Part shown: positions 29,340-39,890 of the stretch, piece by piece | Layout: each line of letters opens with the position of its first letter | Numbering within the stretch: position 1 is the first letter of the stretch | DNA from: Abditibacteriaceae bacterium | GTDB lineage: Bacteria > Armatimonadota > Abditibacteriia > Abditibacteriales > Abditibacteriaceae | Assembly: GCA_965277285.1 (NCBI GenBank) | Contig: OZ255721.1 | Location: 768,001-832,000 of the forward strand | Length of the DNA: 64,000 nucleotides | Direction: 5' to 3' | The notes under the pieces: model-generated | What the model saw: only the letters and a program-made list of their open reading frames with translations | What the model was told of the DNA's origin: nothing | Databases searched by the model: none | Position numbers and translations under genes: made by a program

Positions 29340-29420
29340 CAAGATCGATTTCTAACCGATGAGAAATACCAAATTCTCCCCATTCGAGTACTCGATGTGG
29401 TTATGGCAGATATGATGACC

Positions 29421-29472
29421 GCAAATACAAGGCGCGATATTTCTTCTCAGAAACATCGCGCCTTGTATTTGC
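29421..29472. terminator. Hairpin between convergent genes
   Basis: GCAAATACAAGGCGCGAT ... ATCGCGCCTTGTATTTGC. Confidence 0.6.
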
Positions 29473-29522
29473 GCGTGGTAATTTTGATAAGTGGCGGCGT
29501 TCTTGGAGCGCCCTCTATAAGA

Positions 29523-31280
29523 TTACGCATGAACGTAGTAGATGACCTTGCTTTTTTTGATCAGGGCAATGACAGCATTGGGAATCAGGGTCTGCGCGGT
29601 TTGCTCCTTGTAAGTGTTCAGGGCGTTTGCATACATGGTGTTTTCCGCTTTTGGATGATCCTGACTCGTGCTCAGGGATTGAATCAGGCAATAACCTCGC
29701 ACGGTTTTCACCGGCTCTGACGTCATCTTTCCTTGGCTCAATTTCAGCCCTGCGTCCAAAATCATAGTGTCCATATCCTGTATGGTAGGATACAAAACGC
29801 CCAGGTCGCCTTTGTGATTCTTCGACTCAAGCTCTGAATACTGCGATGCCAGAACGCCGAAATCTTTTCCCTTCCTGATTTGAGATTGTATGTTTTTGAT
29901 GAGGGTCAGCGCTTCGGCTTCAGAGCGCAATTTCGTTTTCGCAGTTGTCGGGCGGTCGCCTTGCTGGAACTTGACGAGGATCGCGCGGCAATGAGCCATA
30001 CCGACCGGCTTCACTTGATTGATGACAAGCTGCACGCGCTCCATGTCCTGATGGAAGTTGTACCGCAGCTCGTCCAGCGTCATATGGCGTGCGGCCAATC
30101 CTTCATCGAGCGTATGAGGAGCGATCATCTTGCGCAGTGCGTTGACTCGTTGATCGACCTGGGCAACGCTTACCACGATGTTGCGGCGCTTACATTCTCG
30201 GTCGACAATGAAGTTTTGAACGAGAATATCGACAACGCGAGGTCCATTTTCCGCGAGACATTCCGCCGCGACGTCCTGCATAGGAATGACGTGACCATCA
30301 ACCACAGCGGCGGCCTTGGGTAGCGGCTTGCCGAGCGCCGGAGCGCACTCGGCATCGGTCGCGTAAGTGATATTCGCTCTGCTAATCAGGCCGACGACAA
30401 ACTGAGGGCTGAGAAATTGTGATTGCTCATCGACGTAAATGTCGTGGGCGGCTTTGTAGGCAGCGTTCTCGCTTGTAGGATGATCAGCGCTTGTCGTGAT
30501 GGCTTGAACGAGCCAGAAACCGTCGTCAGTTACAACCGGCTGGGAGATTTTGCCCTTTTCCAAAGCGAGAGCGGCGGTGACTACGCGCGCGTTCAGGTCG
30601 TGCGTTCCCTGATATACGACGCCGATGTCACCCGAGGCGCTTTTAGAAGAATCGTCGGAGTATTTCGCCGCTACTTCGCCAAAATCCTTGCCTGCGGCAA
30701 GCTGAGTTTGAACGACTTTGAACATTGCAGGCGTCGCTGTTACGTCTTCGTCGCCAGCCGGACGGTCGAACTTGATGAGGATCACGCGGCAATGGCTCAT
30801 GTTCACGGATGGAATTTGATCGGCGGTAATCAATCCCCGTTGGATTTTATGTTTAAAAGCCGCGCGCACTTGCTCCATAGTTGAATGATGCTGAGCGATC
30901 ACATCTTCTAACCGGGCTGGCGCAACAGATTGGCGCAAATCCGCCACGCGTTTATCGACCACCACATCGGCAACGACGATGCCTTTCCTGCTCGCTTCTC
31001 GCTCTACGAGATAGTTCTGAACCATTTGATCAATAATCGGCGCACGGCTCTTGACAAGGCATATTCTCGTTACATCACGCAGCAGGATGCGGTGGCCATC
31101 GACTTCTGCCGCAACGCCAACTGGTCCTTTGTCCTCGGAAAAAGTTCCGCCCGACTCTGTGGCGAATACGCGCGAATTGCTACCAGCAACAGGAATTGTG
31201 GCTGCATGCACCAGACGATCGGAGTATAGAACCGTGCACAGGGCGAGGAGCATTGACAACCTCTTGGCTTTTCGTATCAT
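29523..31280 (-). CDS. Exported peptidyl-prolyl isomerase (parvulin/PrsA-SurA-like) with internal duplication
   Basis: Signal peptide; two copies of A.VDGH.I...VQN..V.RE plus HCR.IL.KF...GKDFG..A..YS....GD.G. Confidence 0.85.
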   Translation of the reverse strand: MIRKAKRLSMLLALCTVLYSDRLVHAATIPVAGSNSRVFATESGGTFSEDKGPVGVAAEVDGHRILLRDVTRICLVKSRAPIIDQMVQNYLVEREASRKGIVVADVVVDKRVADLRQSVAPARLEDVIAQHHSTMEQVRAAFKHKIQRGLITADQIPSVNMSHCRVILIKFDRPAGDEDVTATPAMFKVVQTQLAAGKDFGEVAAKYSDDSSKSASGDIGVVYQGTHDLNARVVTAALALEKGKISQPVVTDDGFWLVQAITTSADHPTSENAAYKAAHDIYVDEQSQFLSPQFVVGLISRANITYATDAECAPALGKPLPKAAAVVDGHVIPMQDVAAECLAENGPRVVDILVQNFIVDRECKRRNIVVSVAQVDQRVNALRKMIAPHTLDEGLAARHMTLDELRYNFHQDMERVQLVINQVKPVGMAHCRAILVKFQQGDRPTTAKTKLRSEAEALTLIKNIQSQIRKGKDFGVLASQYSELESKNHKGDLGVLYPTIQDMDTMILDAGLKLSQGKMTSEPVKTVRGYCLIQSLSTSQDHPKAENTMYANALNTYKEQTAQTLIPNAVIALIKKSKVIYYVHA

Positions 31281-31363
31281 GACAGGGGTTTACCTTATAA
31301 ATCTATTGTGAAGATCGCGTTCGCCTCATTGCGTCGCGGACATATCTTGTGTTGACCACAAAG

Positions 31364-31404
31364 ACAACTTGAGTTTGCGCTTAATAAGCGCAAACTCAAG
31401 TTGT
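31364..31404. terminator. Near-perfect 41-bp palindrome between the island genes
   Basis: ACAACTTGAGTTTGCGCTTA-A-TAAGCGCAAACTCAAGTTGT. Confidence 0.55.
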
Positions 31405-31428
31405 AAGATCGGAGTTTATCGTCAGGGA

Positions 31429-32754
31429 CTATCGCCCAATGAAGTCCCATGTTTGCTGGCATCCGCCGCCGCCCCATGACCAGAGCCCAATACGGGTGTT
31501 ATTGGCACCTGAGCAGTTCTGTCCATCAAGAACGTCGTGCGAGCCATCGCTCTTCGTGCCCGCAGTGGCAATGACATATCGTCCGCCGCTCGTCTGCGAG
31601 ATCTTCCACTGCTGCGGGGTTCCGCCCCAGTAATCCCACAGTTCCATCATCGTACCATCGTTGGGGCTGGCATTCGTGCAGTCCAGGCTGCGCCCGACGC
31701 TACCATCAGGGTTGATCGTTCGGATCGAGTAGTAGCCGTTGTTCAGGTTAGTGACCTGCCACTTCTGGTTATTGGTTCCCGCGTATGGCCAGAGCTGAAT
31801 CGGAGTTCCGTTTGCAGTTCCGTAGCCAGCGCAATCCAAGGCGTTACCAGTAGTCGAAGCGGTGATCTCGTAGGTGCCATTCGGCAATGGCGGCGCACCG
31901 TTTTCGTACTGGCGAACATAGTCGACATCAAAGTAGCCTGTTACAGCCGTGCTACCGTCCGGGTTGCCTGGCCAATTGCCGCCAACTGCAAGGTTCAGGA
32001 GCATATACATGCTCTGGTTATCAAACTCCCAGGTTCCACCGCCGCCTTTCGAGAATTGTCCAGTGAAGTTTCCATCGACGTAAAAGGCGCAGTAGCCAGG
32101 CTGCCAGTTAACGCCATAGGTGTGATAGGTCGATGTCGAGTTGTTCGGCGCTGTGCTCAAAGTCGGGTCCCATCCTGGCATGTGCAAGCTTTGATGATTA
32201 TCCCACTGCCCGTTGATTTCTTCCGCCACATCAATTTCGCCGCAAGTCGGCCAGCCGACCGAACCAATGTTGTTGCCCAAGAACCAGAAGCAAGGCCAAT
32301 AGCCTTTGCCCGCATTAGGGAATTTGCACCGCGTCTCATAGTAACCATAAGGCCCAAATGACACCCGACCCGCCGTGTTAATCCTGGCCGAATACCAAGT
32401 CCCGTTAGAATTGGTGGCCTTGATCTGCATCGCCGACTGGTCAGTTCCAGTGCTGTCAGTGATCTCATGCGCGTTGTCCGCATTACTGGTATACACTTCC
32501 AGTTCGTTGTTGCCCCAACCGCCGCCGCCGGTTTGATAGCCCCAATAACCGCCCGGCGTAGCAGAGTTCCGGCCATCCGAGAACTCGTCCGACCACACCA
32601 ACCCCATACCTGCAGGTGGCTGAGCGTAAGACGCTTTCCCCAACCCACACAAGAGTAACGCAGACGCCGCCATAGCCATCATCTTGACAGCGCGACGGTT
32701 GGTGTTTCCATTCGGGTACGATTTACTGACCTTACAATTTGACTGAGCGTGCAT
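31429..32754 (-). CDS. Secreted GH16 beta-glucanase with C-terminal ricin-type (CBM13) lectin domain
   Basis: WSDEF, GWGNNELE, WPTCGEIDVAE catalytic motif, LLNLAVGG, QxW repeats. Confidence 0.93.
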   Translation of the reverse strand: MHAQSNCKVSKSYPNGNTNRRAVKMMAMAASALLLCGLGKASYAQPPAGMGLVWSDEFSDGRNSATPGGYWGYQTGGGGWGNNELEVYTSNADNAHEITDSTGTDQSAMQIKATNSNGTWYSARINTAGRVSFGPYGYYETRCKFPNAGKGYWPCFWFLGNNIGSVGWPTCGEIDVAEEINGQWDNHQSLHMPGWDPTLSTAPNNSTSTYHTYGVNWQPGYCAFYVDGNFTGQFSKGGGGTWEFDNQSMYMLLNLAVGGNWPGNPDGSTAVTGYFDVDYVRQYENGAPPLPNGTYEITASTTGNALDCAGYGTANGTPIQLWPYAGTNNQKWQVTNLNNGYYSIRTINPDGSVGRSLDCTNASPNDGTMMELWDYWGGTPQQWKISQTSGGRYVIATAGTKSDGSHDVLDGQNCSGANNTRIGLWSWGGGGCQQTWDFIGR

Positions 32755-33400
32755 TCAAGTCTCCTGGTATCTTTCAACCTGGTATCTTTTCAACTCTGAA
32801 ATGTGAGACGGACGCCGGCGAACCTTTATTCGTCTCGTGGACGCAGTAGAAGCATTCCTCGCAGCCTTAACCCAAGCCCTCCCATACAGCATTGATGCCC
32901 AGATAAACCTGAAAGAGTGTCCAGAAAGTGCAGAAAAACCTTCAAACCACAGCTTGTCCTTTAGGCACATAGAAGCTGCCAAAAGGACAATCCGTTGCGT
33001 TCGGCGTTTTACGTGTTTTCTATGCAGTCCCTAAGAAGTTTGAGATCCGAGGCGCAGACATGCCTGGCTCAATGCGACCTTGTCTTAAAGTAAGGTTGAT
33101 CGTGGATTGGGGAAATTGTAGTAGGCGCTATTATAGCTGTCAAGTGAAATTATGGGCAAGTGAAATTATTAAGGAAAAGAGGATTCATCTCCATGTTTTA
33201 TATCCGATGGAAAGTCAGCGAGATGGTTGCTCGTCTCGCTGAAGAACAATCCCTTCAACATCTTCCGATACTGAAGAACTGAATTACCATCTCCTTTCAA
33301 CGGACAACTTTTATCACGGGAAGAAGCATTTCGCCCAATCGAGTACTCGATTGGGCGAGATATTTTCTGAGATTATTCATTTGGCATGACGTGGCCAGTT

Positions 33401-35635
33401 TCAACTTCCCGCGAGGTCACGCCTGACCCACAAAGTAAAAGTGACGCTGGGGCGCAAAGGATAATCGCCGACGCGCACGTAGCGGTCGCTGATGAGTGGC
33501 TGCAACTGCGCGTCCTGATCGTATTGTGGGTTCGGGTCGGTGCGGCTGATTATCAGAACTTCGTTGGTCGGGTTGATAATTTTGCCAAAATAACCGACGC
33601 CGTAGTTGCGCAAACTCCATGGCATCGGCCAGTATTCATCCGAAGTCACCGCAATCGGCATCTTATAACCCAGGCCGGAACGCGCCGCATACTCGTCAAT
33701 TTTGCGCATTAAATCGAGATAGCCACGCTGCGTGTGAACGTAAATGTAGGGATACCTTTTGATGTCACCGGGCAACATATCCACGTCTTGACCGTTGCGC
33801 TTCATCGTCCATTTCGGCAATTGAATCACGTCGCCTTTGCTGTTGCGCATCGCATCGTCGTTGTCGTAATTGATGAAATTCAAATCTCTCATTTGCGCAA
33901 TGCTCAACAATAGAAAGGGCGACAAGACGGCAGCGGTTAGCCACGTTTTTTGCGTAACATATCGAGTACTCGAATCCCGACTATTCAAATCTCGAGCACC
34001 TGAAAAACGGCTCAGCCAGGCGCCGCATTGTTGCAATGCGACGCCGCTCATCAAGGCGAAAGGTAACACGAAGTTGATCATCAGCCACGGCGTTTTATAG
34101 GGAATCAGCGAATAAGCGAGGAAGATTCCGCACGCCCACAGCGCCACGAAAACCGCGAAACGATTACTGCGCTGCCACAAAGAAAGCACGATTCCCACCA
34201 ATCCCAAAACAAAAATCGTCGGCTCAATGGTCAGCATCCACACCAGATAAGTGAGCAATGGTTTCGCTTGAAAATCGCTTTCACCAGTTTTACGCCACAC
34301 ATCGTAAGCCGAGAAAAAGTTCGCCATTCCTTCATGGTAATAATCGCGGCTAAACGACGAAAAGAAGAACGCGATCACGATCCAGAACAAGGAAACGGCG
34401 CCCAGAGCCACCGCAACCAGGCGCCAATCGAGCCAGAAAAGCGCACGCGATTCGTTCTCGTCCGCGTTTCGAGTACTCGATAAGGCCGCTTTTCGCAGTT
34501 GCCCTTTTTCGCACAAGAGCCACGTCAGCGCGCCGGAAAACAACAAAACAATCACGGAAATCGGCGCCGTTTCTTTGGAGCCGAACAACAGTGCGAGCGA
34601 TACCGCCGCTACAAAAACTCCGCTGCGATTTCCCAGAGGCCGCGCCAGCGTAACCGCCACGCAAAAGCCCAGCGACATTAGCAAAAATTGAAACTTGGTG
34701 ATCGTCAGAGAATCAATTTGACGGCTTTGCACCCAATCGCCCAGCGCGTGCGAGCTAAAAATTCCCGCCACGAACACCGACAACAGCGCTGGCCACCACC
34801 ACGCGCCGCGCGGACGAAAGCGCAGCATCGCCACCACCGCCAGTAGCGTGAAAAACACGAACTGCATTTCGTGGATGAAGTAGCGCGAAATGTAAACCAT
34901 GCCGGGCGAAATCGCCAGCAAAGCGGTCGCGCACAACGTCGCCCAACTTCCCAGATGGCGCCGCAAACTCAACACCAGCGCGAGCACGCCCATTCCGAAA
35001 AACGCCGGAATCATGCGCAACGCGATCTCGTTGAAGCCCGGCTTGCCCAGAAAAAACGTGTTGAGATAAGACGTGAAGAGCGCGAAGTAGTACAACGTCG
35101 GACCGTGAAAATTAGTCGGATTGTATTGGTAAGTACCTTTATGAAACAACGTGTCGAGAAACACGCCGTTGACGCCTTCGTCGTGGTGAAACGGCACAAA
35201 ATCGAGTTGCCAGAAGCGCAACGCCGCTGCTACCAGCAAAATCGTGCCCGCCAAAAGGCGCCACGCACGCGGCGAAAGATCGTTTTTAATCGCAGCGTCG
35301 TTCTTCGTTTCCTCGGCGCGTGTTGCCGTAAAAACCGCTGGCGCCGATCTCGCGTTTGTTTTCGGGACGTTTGTTCTGGACGCGCTCATCGGGCGCGCGT
35401 TGGAGCGACGCGTTGCCGGCGACGTTTGACGAGCCTGAGTTTGCGTCGGCCTGGCCGCGACGTTTTGGTTTTGAGCGCTCGCCTCGCGCACATCAGCGTT
35501 GGACAAAAGAGCGCCCGATTCCGATGACGTAGAAGCTGGCGCATCAAGAGGCGCGGTGGATTGCGGCGCGTTCTGCGGATTTTGGTTGGCGTTTTGAGCC
35601 GCGCGCTTAGCGCGTCGTGTAGAGCGTGTACTCAC
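33401..35635 (-). CDS. TIGR03663/Agl23-like GT-C (PMT-like) membrane protein
   Basis: FHHDEGVN, YNPTNFHGP, SRYFIHE, SKET, YSLIPYKTPW, WPMPWSLR. Confidence 0.85.
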   Translation of the reverse strand: MSTRSTRRAKRAAQNANQNPQNAPQSTAPLDAPASTSSESGALLSNADVREASAQNQNVAARPTQTQARQTSPATRRSNARPMSASRTNVPKTNARSAPAVFTATRAEETKNDAAIKNDLSPRAWRLLAGTILLVAAALRFWQLDFVPFHHDEGVNGVFLDTLFHKGTYQYNPTNFHGPTLYYFALFTSYLNTFFLGKPGFNEIALRMIPAFFGMGVLALVLSLRRHLGSWATLCATALLAISPGMVYISRYFIHEMQFVFFTLLAVVAMLRFRPRGAWWWPALLSVFVAGIFSSHALGDWVQSRQIDSLTITKFQFLLMSLGFCVAVTLARPLGNRSGVFVAAVSLALLFGSKETAPISVIVLLFSGALTWLLCEKGQLRKAALSSTRNADENESRALFWLDWRLVAVALGAVSLFWIVIAFFFSSFSRDYYHEGMANFFSAYDVWRKTGESDFQAKPLLTYLVWMLTIEPTIFVLGLVGIVLSLWQRSNRFAVFVALWACGIFLAYSLIPYKTPWLMINFVLPFALMSGVALQQCGAWLSRFSGARDLNSRDSSTRYVTQKTWLTAAVLSPFLLLSIAQMRDLNFINYDNDDAMRNSKGDVIQLPKWTMKRNGQDVDMLPGDIKRYPYIYVHTQRGYLDLMRKIDEYAARSGLGYKMPIAVTSDEYWPMPWSLRNYGVGYFGKIINPTNEVLIISRTDPNPQYDQDAQLQPLISDRYVRVGDYPLRPSVTFTLWVRRDLAGS

Positions 35636-37823
35636 CTTGTTGCGTCACCTTCTTCCATTTATTCCAATATTCGGGCGGCGCCAGCATTTGCGGCGGGTTC
35701 AAATGCGCCAAATAATCGCGTTCTTGCGGCCCGATGATAAACGCTGTCGCGCCATACTTTTCGAGTACTCGATCGCTGCCCGCATCGCCGCGCAGGAAAC
35801 TTTGTACGTCGGTTTCGCGCGTGCCGTAATCAATGCCGTACGACGCCAGATGACCGTTGTAACCCATGACTGAAATCTTTCCGCTCAGGCAAATCGGCGA
35901 GTTATAAATCGGCGCATGAAGCACGACGGTTCCGCGCGGCAAATCGCGCATGACACTGGCCAGAGCTATTCCATCGCGGTCAAAATTGCGCTGTTCGAGT
36001 TGCCCGTTCGCGCCATGCCAGATGTCGAGCGCGCCCGCGGCAGTCAAAGTGAAAAACAAAAAAGCCGCCAATCCGCGTCGCCAATGACGTGCGCGCCACA
36101 AATGCGCCAGTCCCAGCGATGCAAACGGGCTGGCGATCACAAACCAGTAAATCAGGATTTTGTTATTGTCCCAAATCCACGGCGCGAAACGGAACAAGTT
36201 CGGCATCACGAAACCTATCGTCACAAATACCGAAAGCCACAGCGCCGCATTGCGCCATTCGACATCTTGCCATGCCCAATTTTCGCCTTCCCGATTTTCG
36301 TCTTTCGTTCGCGGCCAGCAACGCGCGACGATAAATGGCACCAACGCAAAATAGAATGCGACAAGCACGCGGAGATAGAGTGCAACACGCGCGTGCAGCC
36401 CGAGCGGGTCAAAGATGCCGGTTTCGCGCGACACCAGGTTCAACGCCAAAAGAGGAATCCAGAAGAACGAGAAACGCTTGAGCGCCGCGCGACTATCCTT
36501 TCGCTTCCACAACACATAAAAAATCAGCGGCCAGAAAGCGCCGGTGTTTTGCAGCCAGAAGACGAAGATATTAGCGTCGCCCTTGTCCCAGCCAAAGTTC
36601 CAGGCGAAAAATGCTCCCGGAACGATCTTGGCCTGGCTGTGTCGCGCGAAGAAATAATAAGCGAGTTCAATCGCGGCAATCGGCGCCAGAGCAACGAAAT
36701 AAAATTGCCAGTCGCGTTTTGCGCCCGCGCCCAAAGGTTGAATTAGAAACGCGAGATAAACGCTGGTCAACGCCACGACAAGAAACGTGTGCGAATGAAT
36801 CAGCGGCAGCATCGAAACGAGAAAACCCGCTGCCAGCAAAGGATGAAAACGCGGGCGCTGACCACCTTCCAGTTGATTTCGACCGGTGAAAAAACGCCAC
36901 CACAAGAGAAAAACGACCAGCGCCAGCGGCAATCCCAACATCAGGCTGCGCTGCGTCACGAACAGCGTGGTCAGCGCGTTGCACCAGCGCCACGTCGCAA
37001 TGGCGTTGGTATATTGGCGCGGCATATGCGCCAGCACTTCGCGGAAACCCGTCGCGCTGTCGCTCGAGTCGCTGATAAAAGCGATCCAGCCCAGGCCGCC
37101 CGTAAAAATTACCAGATACGGCGCGATCAACGCCGCCAATCGGTCGCGCACCAGTTCGAGCGACAAGCGATGCAGCAAAATCGCCATCGCAAACGCCAAC
37201 ATCTCGGTTTGCATCACGACCGCAAAAGGAAATGAGGCGCCCAAACGTAGCCAGATCGCGGTCAGGAAATCGGGTAAAAACGGATAAACGAAAAGGCTGC
37301 CAGCATAAATCGGACTTTGCGGCGGATAATTTCCGCCCCACGCGAAGCCGGTCATAATCTGAAAGTGCAGCGTCAAATCGCCGATGTTGGTTTCATACGC
37401 CGTATAAAGCCCGTCCGGTTTCTCGTAGGAAACGCGCGACATCGCCCACGCCAGAACGCACAGCAACAATCCCAGCACGATAATTTCAACCCAACGAACC
37501 AGCGGCGATGTTGTGTTTGGCGCGCCGCTTTTCGAGTACTCGATGTCGCGCCTGGTGGCTTGAGTGATGTCGCGCCGCAAACCTTCGCGCCAAACAGCGC
37601 GCGTTAGGAAAACTGGAATCGCTAAAATCGCGCTCGACAACAAAATGCTGGCGGCGTTCAAGCCAAGAATGCACGCCAACGCAAAAGTCAACGTCGCAAA
37701 GAGCGCGAAGCTGGTGCAGATGCCAATTGCCGCGCGCACCATCAGCGGCGACGTTTGGTCGTAAAGGTAAGTCAACAAAGTGCCGCCAAACGCGACTAGA
37801 AAAGCGAGAAGAAGCGCAAACAT
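35607..37823 (-). CDS. Polytopic membrane protein, putative GT-C glycosyltransferase
   Basis: GDLTLH..GNYPP..YPFLPDF, QRS, HSH, WDNNK; many TMs; start 37823 avoids overlap with the divergent gene. Confidence 0.75.
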   Translation of the reverse strand: MFALLLAFLVAFGGTLLTYLYDQTSPLMVRAAIGICTSFALFATLTFALACILGLNAASILLSSAILAIPVFLTRAVWREGLRRDITQATRRDIEYSKSGAPNTTSPLVRWVEIIVLGLLLCVLAWAMSRVSYEKPDGLYTAYETNIGDLTLHFQIMTGFAWGGNYPPQSPIYAGSLFVYPFLPDFLTAIWLRLGASFPFAVVMQTEMLAFAMAILLHRLSLELVRDRLAALIAPYLVIFTGGLGWIAFISDSSDSATGFREVLAHMPRQYTNAIATWRWCNALTTLFVTQRSLMLGLPLALVVFLLWWRFFTGRNQLEGGQRPRFHPLLAAGFLVSMLPLIHSHTFLVVALTSVYLAFLIQPLGAGAKRDWQFYFVALAPIAAIELAYYFFARHSQAKIVPGAFFAWNFGWDKGDANIFVFWLQNTGAFWPLIFYVLWKRKDSRAALKRFSFFWIPLLALNLVSRETGIFDPLGLHARVALYLRVLVAFYFALVPFIVARCWPRTKDENREGENWAWQDVEWRNAALWLSVFVTIGFVMPNLFRFAPWIWDNNKILIYWFVIASPFASLGLAHLWRARHWRRGLAAFLFFTLTAAGALDIWHGANGQLEQRNFDRDGIALASVMRDLPRGTVVLHAPIYNSPICLSGKISVMGYNGHLASYGIDYGTRETDVQSFLRGDAGSDRVLEKYGATAFIIGPQERDYLAHLNPPQMLAPPEYWNKWKKVTQQGEYTLYTTR

Positions 37824-37976
37824 GAAAAGAATTGGAGCGACCAGAGTCGGAATTTTAACGCCGCTTTCGAGTACTCGATACGCCACGAAGTTCCACGAAC
37901 CGGCCACAACAAGATAAAGTGTGATTGGGCGAAGCGCTTTTATTATACAGCGCTCTTCTTTCACGCTGTCAAACTT

Positions 37977-38414
37977 ATGACTTCTTCTTCCCAATTTCGC
38001 GTTCAAAAAGTGGTTCGAGCCGCGTGTGGCACGGTTTTTTTGGGCGCTGGCGCCTTCAAATTGTTGGTGCCCTTCGGCGACTTTCTGGCAAAAATGGGCG
38101 TTCCTTTGCCGCACCTGGCCGGAAGCGCGGTCGCGTTGCTGGAAATCACAGGCGGCGCGACGTTGCTTTTCCATCGGCGCCTGAAGTTTTTGCCGTTCAG
38201 ATGGCGCACTCTTCTGGTGCGCTTGCTCTGTCTTGGCTTAGCCGTCGACATGATTTTCGCTATCGGTTTGGTCGGCGTTCCAGGTAAGCGCGGTCACACT
38301 TACAACTTCAGTGGGCATGAAATCGGCGGTGAAATCTGGCGCCTGCCACTCGAAATCTTTTTGCTGCTGGCAATGATCTGGTTCATATTTCGCTCGCCTG
38401 TTGAAAACGATTGA
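37977..38414 (+). CDS. DoxX-family membrane protein
   Basis: VR..CG.VF..AG..K and A.LEI.GG pattern; about 4 TMs. Confidence 0.7.
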   Translation: MTSSSQFRVQKVVRAACGTVFLGAGAFKLLVPFGDFLAKMGVPLPHLAGSAVALLEITGGATLLFHRRLKFLPFRWRTLLVRLLCLGLAVDMIFAIGLVGVPGKRGHTYNFSGHEIGGEIWRLPLEIFLLLAMIWFIFRSPVEND

Positions 38415-38505
38415 AAACTGCGCCGTCGTTTCAACTAACCTCTAACCACGCGTAAGCAAACGGACTTTATTGAGACTTGAATGGTTCGAGTTGCTCCGTG
38501 CAGTA

Positions 38506-38688
38506 GCCAGCGAGTGAACTCGCGGCTGGGCGGCGTGCGCCGCGTCGTCAGCCTACGCCGACGAAAAGCACTTGTAGCCTCGCGTCGGCGCAGGCTGTTG
38601 GGCGCCCATTGAAAGACAATGACTTGTTTTTCAATGGGCTGATCGCCTCGTTGCGAAGCAACGCCCAGCCGCGACTTCAGTCGCTGGC
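38506..38688. repeat. Composite palindromic REP/MITE-like element
   Basis: About 27-bp arms GCCAGCGAGTGAACTCGCGGCTGGGCG enclose two long hairpins; related arms at 52264-52377. Confidence 0.7.
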
Positions 38689-38711
38689 GCACTTCGGCTA
38701 AACTGCCGCGA

Positions 38712-39884
38712 ATGAACACCAATTCCAACGCTTTTGAAATGCACAAGACGCGCGTGCGCATGGACGATGGACGCACTCTTGCCTACTACGATTTCGCGGC
38801 GCAAAACGAAACTCCGCCATTCTTAGCGCAACACGAAGCAGCGGCCAAAGCCGATCCGCCGACTGGCCCGCGTATTTTGCCCAGTCCGCCGGAAATGCGC
38901 TGGAACCCGACTTTGGGCGAATGGACGGTTTACGCCGCCAGCCGCATGAGTCGCCCGATGTTGCCCTCGAAAGACGCGTGTCCACTTTGTCCCGGCGTGC
39001 TGGAATTGCCCTTGCCGTATCAAGTCGCCATCTTTGAAAACCGCGCGCCTTCGATGGCTTTTATTCCCGGCGATGTTGAACTTGCCAACCCGACCGAAGC
39101 CTTTGAACTAACGGCTCCCGCGCGCGGTCGCTGCGACATCGTGGTTTATTCGCAGCAACACGATGCGAAACTTTTTCAAATGCCAGTTAATGAAATCGCG
39201 TGTTTAGTCGAAGCGTGGCGCGACCGTTACAGCGAACTTGTCGCGCAGCCGGAAATCAAGTGCGTGGCGATTTTTGAAAACAAAGGCCGCGAAGCCGGAA
39301 TGACTTTGGATCATCCGCACGGACAGATTTACTCTTTCCCGTTTTTGCCGCCAACGCAACTCGCGCAATGGAACCAAACGCAAAGTTTCGCGGTTCGCGG
39401 CGACAATTTGTGGAATCGAGTACTCGAAAAGGAGTTGCGCGACGGCAATCGCATCATCGCGCAAACCGATGGTTTTCTCGCGGCGCAGCCGTTTTACGCG
39501 CGCTATCCGTATGAAGTCCACATCTGGGCGAAGCGCGACGGCGTCAATTCACTTTTGGAAATGACGCCACAAGAACGCGGCGAACTGGCGGCGATGCTGA
39601 AAAATATTGCCACGCGCTATGAAAACCTGTGGCCAAATTCCACTTATGGTTTTCCGACCTTGATGATGATGAACCAACTTTCCAACGTTCCGCAGGCCGA
39701 GCAATACCGCTTTCACATCGAGCTTTTGCCGTTGCAGCGCAGCCCCGACAAACTGAAATATCGCGCCAGCGTCGAAAGTGGCACCGGAACTTTCCTCAAC
39801 GACGCCTTGCCCGAAACCCAAGCCGCCGAATTGCGCGAAGTGGCGCCCCAAGAAGTCGAATTGCCGACGATTTCGTTTGAGTAG
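38712..39884 (+). CDS. galT: Galactose-1-phosphate uridylyltransferase
   Basis: RWNPTLGEW, CPLCPG, FENKG, HPHGQ active site. Confidence 0.95.
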   Translation: MNTNSNAFEMHKTRVRMDDGRTLAYYDFAAQNETPPFLAQHEAAAKADPPTGPRILPSPPEMRWNPTLGEWTVYAASRMSRPMLPSKDACPLCPGVLELPLPYQVAIFENRAPSMAFIPGDVELANPTEAFELTAPARGRCDIVVYSQQHDAKLFQMPVNEIACLVEAWRDRYSELVAQPEIKCVAIFENKGREAGMTLDHPHGQIYSFPFLPPTQLAQWNQTQSFAVRGDNLWNRVLEKELRDGNRIIAQTDGFLAAQPFYARYPYEVHIWAKRDGVNSLLEMTPQERGELAAMLKNIATRYENLWPNSTYGFPTLMMMNQLSNVPQAEQYRFHIELLPLQRSPDKLKYRASVESGTGTFLNDALPETQAAELREVAPQEVELPTISFE

Positions 39885-39890
39885 TTCACT

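Noticed and set aside
32763..32793. Tandem CCTGGTATCTTT(T)CAA repeat upstream of the GH16 gene as an operator
   Set aside because: Only two copies and no regulator nearby; may be a simple local duplication.
37824..38174. N-terminal extension of the 855-aa ORF
   Set aside because: Overlaps the divergent DoxX-like gene; the hydrophobic protein plausibly starts near 37823.
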